Assembly: GCF_018977255.1 (NCBI RefSeq)
Contig: NW_024704743.1
Span: forward strand, 26,290,001 to 26,354,000
Reading direction: 5' to 3'
DNA from: Callorhinchus milii
Taxonomy: Eukaryota
DNA length: 64,000 bases
Shown: positions 26,391 to 36,067 of the stretch, piece by piece
Position numbering within the stretch: the stretch's first letter is position 1
Layout of the letters: the number at the start of each line of letters is the position of its first letter
Notes under the pieces: generated by a model
The model's input: only the letters and a program-made list of their open reading frames with translations
Told to the model about the DNA's origin: nothing
Database searches by the model: none
Translations under genes and position numbers: made by a program

Positions 26391-28519
26391 TACTTGACAT
26401 GAGATGTGACGATTGAATGTTTTGGCTGTGAGAGGGAGAGGCTGTAGGTACAAAAATGCTTGAGCCAAGTCTGCCAGTGAACCGTGACGCTGGTTTTGTG
26501 CCAGTTGTTTTGTCCACAAAATACAGTCAATCCAAAAGTGCTGTGAATGCTTTGACATGTCTCAACGACATGATAAGCTGCTATGTCAAAACACAAGGAT
26601 TATTATCTGCATTCAAGAGTCCGTTTGAGGATTTAAGGGAACAGAGGTGGCTGTTATCCTCCTGCCAATACACCCGCCATCCTGTAACAGCTGAATTGAC
26701 GAAAGATAATAAATATAATAATAATCCTTGCATTTAATATAGTGCTTTTCATGTCTTCTAGATGTCTACAAAATAGTACCATAAATAATAGTTCAACTAT
26801 AAACATACTGCATGGGTTTGATGTTTGATATCTGATGTTATTGAGTCAAAATTAAGGCTACATGTTTTACAGAAAAATAGACTTCACTGAGTTTGAAAAC
26901 ACTTTTTTGTGTGAATTAAATAATATCTTGTGTTTAAATTGCAAAGGTGTCAATGTATTTTCTTAATTGGGTACTAGAGTAAACCTGCTGGGTGCGGTGA
27001 TTGAGGTGGAATCCATTTTAGCTTTTAAGAGGAAACTAGATAAATGTCTGAGTGTAATTTTGCATTGGTTTAGGAAAAGGCAAATAAATATAATAAATAC
27101 TTGTATTTGATAAAGCATCTTATCACATCATTGAGACATCTCCAAGCACTTCACTGGGTTTACTGTGAAGTATATTGACTATTTGTAGGTGAAAGCACAA
27201 CCAATTTAAAAACCGCAATGTTCCACATGAAGTGAATGACGAATTTTATCTGTGGGATTGTTGGTTAGGACATTGGGAGAAGCAAGAAAGAAGCACATCC
27301 CCAGTCCTGCACTCAAGTGTCAGCTAGACTTTGACCTTAAAGTCCCAAAGTGGGGCTGAATCCACAAACTGCTGACAAACTGCTGAGTGTTTTCAACTGA
27401 GCGAGGCTGACTCCTATGGATTGAATGGAATGCTCTTAGGCACAATAGACCAACTTGCATTCTGTCTTGTAAATACCTATGGTAGATATAATATAAACAT
27501 GTGTCATTGATTCGTACAATGATTGTTTACATTAAACCCAGTGCACTGTTTGCAAAACATTGCAATTTTAGTGAAGCGAGCAATTTTAGGTGGGAGTTGT
27601 ATAATTGTTATTCCTTTACATCAGTTACTCCACGTGAGATCCAAATATGGAATAATACTAATTAAGCTAAACTGATCAATAAGTTTGAATTTCTTTGATT
27701 GTTTAATAATACAGTATCTTATAGCTTATAAATGGAATGTTTTTTTTCTAGTTACTTCCTTGTGGAACATTTATGCAATATTCTGTAATTTTCTCAGATA
27801 AACATGTTTAAATCTTTTTTAGTCAATAGCAAAATGTTTTTTGATTAGATTTAAAAACTAAGTTGGTTTTGCAATATACTGTACTCTTACACTGTGCAGA
27901 TGTGCACATACAGGAGATGTTAGCCTGGCTCAGTTGGTAGCACAGTTGTCTCTGAGTCAAAATTATGGTAGCAATTCTAGATGGGGAGTTTTTTTTTTAG
28001 TTTTATGGATTAAGATCATTTCTTATATATTATCCTTTGGATGAGATGTGAAATCCAGGCCCTGTCTGCCTGTTCAGGTGGATGTTAAAGATCCCATGGC
28101 ATTTTCAACCCCTTTCTAGGGACTTTCTAGGCTGAGATTCACGTGCAGTTCTACATGAAATTGGAAGAGAGGCATATTTTACATTTCTCAGTGTTGATAA
28201 ATAATTTCATGATGTGATGCCTGTGGACCATCATTGCTGCCACTTTAAGCCCTATATGCACAGTGAGAGTTAAATCTATGTATGGCTCATTGACTTTTTT
28301 TTATCACGTGGATAATACTGACAAGGGAACATGGGAGAATTCTTTAACAGTATGTATAAAAGTCCTGGGCAAAAATACAATCCAGATTCGGGCAATCATT
28401 TTTGAATGCAGCACAGAAATAACTCCCTTCCACTCAAACTGTGCAGTCTTTGTGCTAATATTCGATTCTGAGTTGTCCAAGTTTTTGTTTTCTTTTCCTC
28501 CACCCCCTCCTATTTCATA

Positions 28520-29105
28520 CTCACAAAGGTGTAGAAAGCGACACAGCTCAACTGTGTATCCTCCTCGGTCACTCGCTTCCACAAATCTCTCTCCGCCATT
28601 CTCAATGCCCTCACCCCCCCTCACTTCCCTCACTGTCTCCTACTCGCAGAACCCACCTCCACTGCCTTAAGGCTCAGTTGTGTGCCGCTGAATGCACCAA
28701 GCTCAAATCCAACTTAACAGTCCATCGGCAGATCTGGCTGGACCTTATCAAATCTTACTGCTCCACCCTCGCCGCTGCTAAATCGTCCTTCTACTCCAAG
28801 ACGATCTTGGAGACCAAGGACAATCCCAGGCTCCTCTTCTCCATCACCAACCGGCTCCTCATGTTTCGCCCATCCTCTCCTCCAACGCCAACTGCGAGGA
28901 GATGCTGGACTTCCTTGGAACCAAGGTCATAGTGTTAGATGGATCCGCTCAGCTGCCTCTTGCTTTCCGACCACTAACCCCTCCCCATATGCCCCTCACA
29001 CTCTGGTCCCATCCATCCCTCCCTCCACATCTTCGAACCTGTCTCCCCTTTTCTCATCACCACCATAACCCACTTGAAACTGACCACCTGCTCCCTTGAC
29101 CCCTC
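28520..29105 (+). mobile_element. L2 ORF2 endonuclease-RT linker fragment
   Basis: LTVHRQIWLDLIKSYCSTLAAAKSSFYSKTILETKDNPRLLFSITNRLL. Confidence 0.75.
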
Positions 29106-29244
29106 AGATGGATCAACTTGAAATCTTGGCGACCTTACCAGCCACAGCTATTGAGCAGATAATTGGTAAAACTTCAAATATACAGTCAAATACTCATGCT
29201 TCCTTGTACTCAACATTGGCATCATTCTGGATTTGATTGATGCC

Positions 29245-30172
29245 AATCTGGGTCCATTGCAGGCAGATACAGGAGAAATTATAATGGGGAATAAAGAAAT
29301 GGCAGAGTCATTAAACAAATATTTTGCTTCTGTCTTCATGTTAGAGGACACTGAAAACTTACTGAAAATAGAGTGGAACCTGGAGGCTAGGTGAGTGGGC
29401 AAGAAGGTGGCAGATGGAAAAGCGGATTATTTTCTAGAGGGGGAGAGATGTGTTAGTGTTCAGGGGGATTTGGGTGTCCCTGTACACCAGTCACATAAAG
29501 TTAGTATGCAGGTACAAGAAGCAACTAGGAAGGCCAATGCCATGTTGGCGTTCGTTGCAAAAGGGTTAGAATGCAAAGAGTAGGGAAGTCCTGCTGCAGT
29601 TGTATAAGGCCTTGATGAGACTGCACCTAGAATATTATGTGCAGTTTTGTTCTCCTTATTTAAGAAAGGACATACTCGCCTTAGTGGGTGCAGTGGGTTG
29701 GTTCCTGGGATGAGGGTGTTGACCTATGAGGATAGGTTGAGTAAACTAGGCCTATATTCTCTAGAATATAGAAAAATTAGAGGTGATCGTATAGAAACCT
29801 ATAAGATCCTTAAGGGTCTTGACAGGGTAGATGCTGTGAGACTGTTTCCCCTGGTTGGAGAATCCAAAATTAGGGATCATAGTCTCAAGATTAAGGCTCA
29901 GCCTTTTTGAGCTGAGTTGAGGAAACATTTCTTCACTCAGAGGGTATTGAATTTGTGGAATTCTCTACCCCAGAAGGCTGTGGATGCTCAGTCCTTGAAT
30001 ATATTCAAGACTGAGGTTGATAGATTTCTAAAGGATAGAGGAATTAAGGGATATGGGGATATGGCGGGTAAATGGAATTAGGTTAGAAGATCATCCATGA
30101 TCTTATTAAATGGCGGGGCAGGCTCGAGCGGCTGAATGGCCTACTCCTGCTCCTACGTCTTATGGCCTTATG
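29245..30172 (+). mobile_element. Internally deleted CR1 LINE with 3' end
   Basis: IMGNKEMAESLNKYFASVF joined to EWA..WQME; LTYEDRLSKLGLYSLEYRKIRGDRIETYKILKGLDRVD; 3' end CTCCTGCTCCT..TCTTATGGCCTTATGG. Confidence 0.9.
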
Positions 30173-31099
30173 GATTTGAATTCCCCATGTTACAAATGTC
30201 AAAAGATTTGTATCCTTAATTATACTGAATCTTTCAAAGTCCACATAATTTGTGCAGAACAGACATTTCTGGTGTCAGTCCCCTTATTTTCAGTGGACTT
30301 TTGGCCAAGGGTTGACTTAATTGAAACTCTGGTAACCTCTCATACATTTGGAATTTGTCAACTCTATACATGCACCTCCTGTAACTTTCTGAATGTTTTA
30401 TACTAATCCTATAATCCTTACATTTAATGTAATATTTTATCTTGTCAAAACATATAAAAGTACTTTTCAGAATTTACCTTAAGTATAGTAATTATTTGTA
30501 GCCAAATGTGGCAATCAATCTTACATGGAGTAATGTCCCACAATCATTCCTGAAGTAAATGATCAATTTTATCAAGAGGATTGTTGGCCAGGACACTAGG
30601 AGATACCCCTCTTTTTGAATAGTGACAGCAAAGCTTTAATGTCCACCTGAACAAGCATTGGATTTTGATTAAATGTATCATCTTAAGGACATCACCTCGG
30701 AAAATGCAACAGTCCTTAGCACGGTATTGGAGTATCGACCCACATTCCTGAGTTGGGTGAGAATGCTTCCAACTGAGCCAGCAGCCACACCGACAGTCTA
30801 CTTTACAATCCCTGGTTCAGTTAGCAGCTCAGTTTAGTCACTAAATGGCTTTGTATCATTGATCACATTGTTAATTTAATGCACATTTCATTAATGAATG
30901 ACCAGGATAATGTTAAAATAACTACAAATGTGAGTACCCTTAATTCTAATATACCAAAGTGCTAACTGCCACTTGCATGTGGAAATTTCCCTGTGGTTAG
31001 ATAGAGTATAAACTCTGCATGTAGGGGCACACTTACTTGGCTAATTCCGGAGAATTTTAGGTACAGGTTGGCAAAAGCCAATACTTGGCAAAATGTGAT

Positions 31100-31297
31100 G
31101 GGCTACTGGAGTTTTGTCAGCTAAAACTGCATAGCTTGCCATTGAAAGGACTCTCTGGGAAGCTTCCCGCCACTTATCCAGCTCAGACCACCCTATTTAT
31201 GCCTTGGGCAGTCTTGCAGGGTTAACAGGAACTGAGTGGGGAGAATCCCTGCCCCCAGTGATCGATTTGCCTCTCCAAATCCAGAGACTAGCCAATC
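31100..31297 (-). repeat. Unclassified interspersed repeat, copy 3 of 3 (inverted)
   Basis: Reverse complement of the 6360 and 16070 copies (TTGCAGGGTTAACAGGAACTGAGTGGG..ATCCCTGCCCCCAGTGA). Confidence 0.7.
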
Positions 31298-32395
31298 ATA
31301 ATAGTAGTAATAATAATCCTTGCACTTGATATAGCATCTTATCACTGTGTTACAACATCTCAAAATGCTTCAAAGAGTATATTATAAATTGGATTGACAG
31401 TATTGTGTGGGCTAAACATGGCAACCAATTGCTCACAACGACAAATTACATGTATATGGCGCCCCTCACTCAGGGTAGTTGACAAACTTAAACATGACTG
31501 TTTTGGGACACTGCTCGCAGTAGTTTCCCACAAACAGTCTTGGATTGAGTGACCACATTGATTTATATTTTGGAGGGATTATTATTCCTGGAAAATGATT
31601 AGCCAATCTAGTAACAACCAGATTCCAACTGACTGCTAGGTGTGGAGTAAGGAAACTTGTTTAAAGTTTTCCCTGCCTGGGAATCAAACTTGGTTCCTCT
31701 CTCTTGTGTGGCAAGAGAGAGGGGAATCAAACTTGGTTCCTCTCTCTTGTGTGGCAAGAGTACTAAGCAATATATTATGGGACTCCATGTCGCAGGCAGT
31801 CAATTGCCCCCTTTGAAATCCAACAAACAATTGAAGTGAATGATCAATTTATCTGAACAAGTGGCAAGAACAAATTGTTGCAGGATCTTTAAAGTATATT
31901 AGAACAGGTGGACTGAACCTTGGCTTAACTTCTCATCGGAAGGAACATACCTCTGAAGCAACTCTATATAATAATAATAATAATCCTTGCATTTGATATA
32001 GCGCCTTTCACGTCTTCTAGACGTCTCAAAGCACTTCACAGAATATACTGTAAAGTGAATTCACTGTATATTTGTGGGCAAAACGTGGCAGCCAACTCTA
32101 GGCTGATGGATACATTGAGCTCAGAGTCCTGACTTGGGACTTCAAGCAAAGAGCAATTTACTGACTTAACTAAAGCCACATTTTGTAAGGTGGACATAAC
32201 ATTCTGATGTAGCAACACGAGTATTACCAACTGAGCTTGGTTGATGTCTAATCTTAAAATACAAAATACAATACAAAATTTGTGTAACATCTTTCATATC
32301 GGGAGGACGTCCCAAGGTGTTGGTTGGACTAATATTAGTCCAAATGTACAATAAATCTACAAGTTATATCAATGTGTCTTGAATAATCTGGCAAG

Positions 32396-32783
32396 TAATA
32401 ATAATCCTTGCCTTTGATATAGTGCCTTATCCCATCTTCGAGACGTTTTAAAGTGCTTCACAGAACATAGTGTAAAGTGAATTGACTATTTTTGGGGGTG
32501 AAACACGGCTGCCAATTGCACACAGCGGTGTCCCAGAAACAGCGGTGGTTTGAGTGACCAAACTATTACTTTTTTAAAAAAAACATTCATTTTTATTTTA
32601 AGGGACTATTAGCCCCTGAAAGGTGATCCGCCAACTGGCTAACAACGGGATTCCTACTTACTGCCAGGTAAACAGCGGTGTCTGGAGTAAGGAAACTTGC
32701 CAAACGTTTTGCCCTGCCCGGAATCGAACCCAGGTCTTCTCACTTGCAAGGCAAGTGCTCTCTAACCAATAAGCTGAAGGACT
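32396..32783 (-). mobile_element. SINE family A, long subfamily; further minus-strand copies at about 31300-31720 and 31968-32096
   Basis: Tail at 32396; head GGAATCGAACCCAGGTCTTCTCACTTGCAAGGCAAGTGCTCTCTAACCA. Confidence 0.85.
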
Positions 32784-33146
32784 CCACTCAAGTGTGATTT
32801 GAATGACTGAAAACAGTCCAGCCAATGCAAAACTGATAGTCACCGAAGTGTCCTACAGTTCCGAGAAACCAAATTGCATCACATTCGTTATTTAGTTTCT
32901 TGGTGTTATGAGTGGAGGTGACCTTTGTAACTGGATTGAATCGAAACACCAACATACTTTCAAACATTTATCAATGGTGTTGGGGGGTGGGGAGGAAAGT
33001 AGAGTTTCCGTGTGTCTGGTCTATATTCCAGCCCTTGAACTTAAACTCCCATGGTCCATACTAGATTCCCAGTGGAGGTTGGTTTTTGTGTCGGTCAAAC
33101 AACCACTGCACCTGTTAAGGGAAAGAAAAAATAGTTGAACTCCCAT

Positions 33147-33461
33147 GGACTCCTGTAACTCAGTGGTTAGAGCACTCGCTTTGCAAGCGAGAGACCGGCG
33201 TTCAATTCCAGGCAGAGGGCGAAACCTTGGGCAAGTTTCCTTACTCCACACACCTAATAATAATCCCTCCAAAACCAAAAACAATAATAAATTGGTCATT
33301 TTCAATCTACGACTGTTTGTGGGACATTGCTGTGTGCAATTGGCTGTCGCGTTCGCCCACAAATATACAGTCAATTCACTTTACAGTGTGTTCTGTGAAG
33401 CGCTTTGGGACGTCCTCCCGACGTGAAAAGTGCTATAACAAATGCAAGGATTATTATTATT
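33147..33461 (+). mobile_element. SINE family A, full length (tRNA-Ala-like head, L2-type tail)
   Basis: GGACTCCTGTAACTCAGTGGTTAGAGCACTCGCTTTGCAAGCGAGAGACC..GTTCAATTCC (A/B boxes, TGC anticodon-like loop); tail GGGACGTCCTCCCGACGTGAAAAG...(TTA)n. Confidence 0.92.
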
Positions 33462-33851
33462 AAAACCTGATTTGTTTCGTGAAACCCATCCCCCCCCACC
33501 CACACCTTGTTGGGAAATCAAATATTATTTACGATCTCTTTTTTTGGGGGGTGGAGGGGGGAGGTTTGTGGATCGATAATCTTAAAGCAGCGATATTTCA
33601 TTTGCCATCGTTCAAGAGAAGGTTGTAATATAAACCACATCAATAAAACGATGAGGAGAAAATCGTTTCCCTTTGGGGGGGACATTTGACGGTGCAATGG
33701 ACAGACTTTCAGGGCTAAGTCCAGGGCAACGCGAGCGTTAAAGTTGCCTCATCTGGAATAGTGACTACTATTTGGTGTGACTGCAGTGTTGTGTACGTTT
33801 CCGATTAAAATCTGTCGTGACTTGAGTCTGACCGTAACGAAAAGGGTTAGT

Positions 33852-34304
33852 CATTTAATCCTTTCGAGATCCCTCTGTACCCTCTCGTGTTTACAGTCAT
33901 ATTATATACACACACACACATATATACACACACACACATATACACACACACATATACACACACACATATACACACACACACATATACACACACACACATA
34001 TACACACACACATACATATACACACACACACATATACACACACACACATATACACACACACACATATACACACACACACATATACACACCCACACACATA
34101 TACACACACCCACACACATATACACACACCCACACATATACACACACCCACACATATACACACACACACATATACACACACCCACACATATACACACACC
34201 CACACATATACACATATACACATACATATATACACACACACGCGCGCGCGTCTACAACCAAACTTATTTTGCAATGGAGAAGAAAGTATGATTCCCGCAA
34301 TCCC
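33852..34304 (+). repeat. Left arm of the inverted repeat flanking exon 1b, with a (CACACACACATATA)n-like core at about 33905-34240
   Basis: Unique flanks CATTTAATCCTTTCGAGATCCCTC...GTGTTTACAGTC and ACAACCAAACTTATTTTGCAATGGAGAAGAAAGTATGATTCCCGCAATCCC align with the reverse complement of 35421-36067. Confidence 0.85.
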
Positions 34305-34984
34305 GGGTTTGTTAAGGAGAGGCGAACGACTTCTTCGGATGTTTTATTTTAAGCTCAAACCTGAACTCCCCCCCATCCCGAGCCCCGAGAACCCTGACTC
34401 GCCTTCACCACCTGCCCACAGCTCTCCCAGTCACTGCCCCTCACACAGAGCCCCCCCCCCAAACCCCCCCCAATAACCCCCTCCATCCCTTTTCTCTCCC
34501 ACCTCTCTCTCTCCCACCTCTCTCTCTCTCCCTCTCTCTTTCTCTCTTTCTTTCTCTCTCTCTCCTTTTCCTTCCTCTCTTCCTCCCCCCACCTGTCCGC
34601 GAAAAGTTTACACCGACCGCTCCTTCTCGCCATCCGACGTCGGGGGCTCGGAAGAAGTTTGGGGACAGCGCGTTCGGGGGGAAAAAACCAGAGGGGGGGA
34701 AAGGGGGGGAAAGGGTGAAAGGGTGGGGTGGGGGGGGGAGAGCCTTTAGTGTTAAGACTCCGTAAGAGGGGCGGACACCCCACCCCAACTAATGAGGGGC
34801 GGGGAGGAGGGGGGGGGGAGGGCTGAGCCGCTGACAGGCGGCGCCAGGCGCAGTCCTGGCACACGGTGCGCGGGGCTGCGGGTGCGCGAACGGTGTCAGA
34901 GAGGGAGCGGCGCGGCTCCACCTTCTTCCCCCGACCGGCGGTATAAAGTGCGGCTCGGAGTCGGCGGAGGGGAGGGGAGGGGGG

Positions 34985-35044
34985 GAGAGAGAGAGAGAGA
35001 GTCTGACTGACTGACTGACTGACTGACTGAGTGAGTGAGTGACT
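34985..35044 (+). repeat. (GA)n-(GACT)n-(GAGT)n compound microsatellite in the presumed 5' UTR of exon 1b
   Basis: Directly visible tandem repeats between the TATA box and the ATG. Confidence 0.85.
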
Positions 35045-35065
35045 GTCACGCCGCGGGGGAGAAAC

Positions 35066-35354
35066 ATGCGGAGGAGCGAGTCGGGATGCGGATGGCGGTG
35101 TCCGGTGCCGGTGTCGGTGCCGGTGCTGGTGCTGGTGTGGGTGTTGCTCCGGACCGCCGCCGCCGCCGCCGCCACCACCATCACCTCCAGACCGGGCACC
35201 GCGGGGCTCAGCCCTCACCCCCAGTCCGGACCGAGCCCCCCCCACACCGACGGCCAACCCGACAGCTTTCTGATCGTCACCTTCAAGTGGCACCACGTCA
35301 AGGAGCCCTACTTAATAGCCCTCTGGATTTTGGTGGCCAGTTTGGCTAAAATCA
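35066..35354 (+). CDS. SLC9A3: NHE3 (SLC9A3) alternative first coding exon 1b: 96 codons + 1 nt
   Basis: Translates [36 protein letters not shown]...[33 protein letters not shown] in aacATG context. ATCA|GTGAGT donor at 35355, phase 1, at the same codon position as exon 1a. SLC9A5 shares the [16 protein letters not shown] motif, but 'FxIVTFxWxHV' favours NHE3. Confidence 0.88.
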
Positions 35355-35420
35355 GTGAGTAATTCGGGTCTCACTCCGGTTAACGCACCGGTTCAGCGCA
35401 CTCCCTTTCTCTTTTGGGGG

Positions 35421-36067
35421 GGGATCGTGTGGGTCATATGTTCTTCTCCATTCAAAATACATTCTGTTGTGTGTGTCTATACATATATATATGTATGTAT
35501 TGCGCGCGGGTGTGTTATATGTGTGTATCTGTGTGTGTATATATAGGTGCGCATATGTGTGTGTATATGTGTATATATGTGTGTGCATATATGAGTGTAT
35601 ATATATGAGTGTGTATATATGAGTGTGTATATATGAGTGTGTATATATGAGTGTGTATATATGAGTGTGTGTATATATGAGTGTGTGTATATATGAGTGT
35701 GTGTATATATATGAGTGTGTATATATGAGTGTATATATATGAGTGTGTATATATGAATGTGTATATATGAGTGTGTGTATATATGAGTGTGTGTATATAT
35801 GAGTGTGTATATATGAGTGTGTATATATGAGTGTGTGTGTATATGAGTGTGTGTATATATCAGTGTGTGTATATATGAGTGTATATATGAGTGTGTATAT
35901 ATGAGTGTGTATATATGAGTGTGTATATATGAGTGTGTGTGTATATGAGTGTGTGTATATATGAGTGTGTGTATATATGAGTGTGTATATGAGTGTATAT
36001 ATATGTATTATATATATATATATATATAGGACTGTAAACACCTGAGGGATCGCGAAAAGATAAAGTG
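35421..36067 (-). repeat. Right arm of the inverted repeat flanking exon 1b, with a (GAGTGTGTATATAT)n-like core at about 35470-36028
   Basis: Reverse complement reads CACTTTATCTTTTCGCGATCCCTCAGGTGTTTACAGTC...ACAACAGAATGTATTTTGAATGGAGAAGAACATATGACCCACACGATCCC, homologous to the left arm. Confidence 0.85.

Larger units (their letters stand above)
34590..35410 (+). promoter_or_regulatory. CpG-island promoter of exon 1b with GC boxes and TATA box
   Basis: High GC and CpG density compared with the CpG-poor rest of the window. GGGGCGG at about 34768, GGGGCGGGG 34796-34804, TATAAAG 34942-34948, about 125 bp upstream of the ATG. Confidence 0.8.

Noticed and set aside
31680..31760. Short tandem duplications (also about 5718-5762 and 44298-44346)
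   Set aside because: Two- or three-copy local slippage duplications, not a spacer-bearing array; CRISPR is not applicable.
33147..33220. tRNA-Ala-like sequence (also about 51210-51281 and 20081-20140)
   Set aside because: SINE heads continuous with SINE body and tail; not functional tRNA genes.
34355..35296. 313-aa minus-strand ORF
   Set aside because: Low-complexity antisense reading of the GC-rich CpG island and exon 1b, with no recognisable domain.
33777..36041. His/Thr/Tyr- and Cys/Val-rich ORFs
   Set aside because: These are translations of CA/TG microsatellites, not proteins. Their shared MFTV and WRR.YD words only reflect the inverted repeat.
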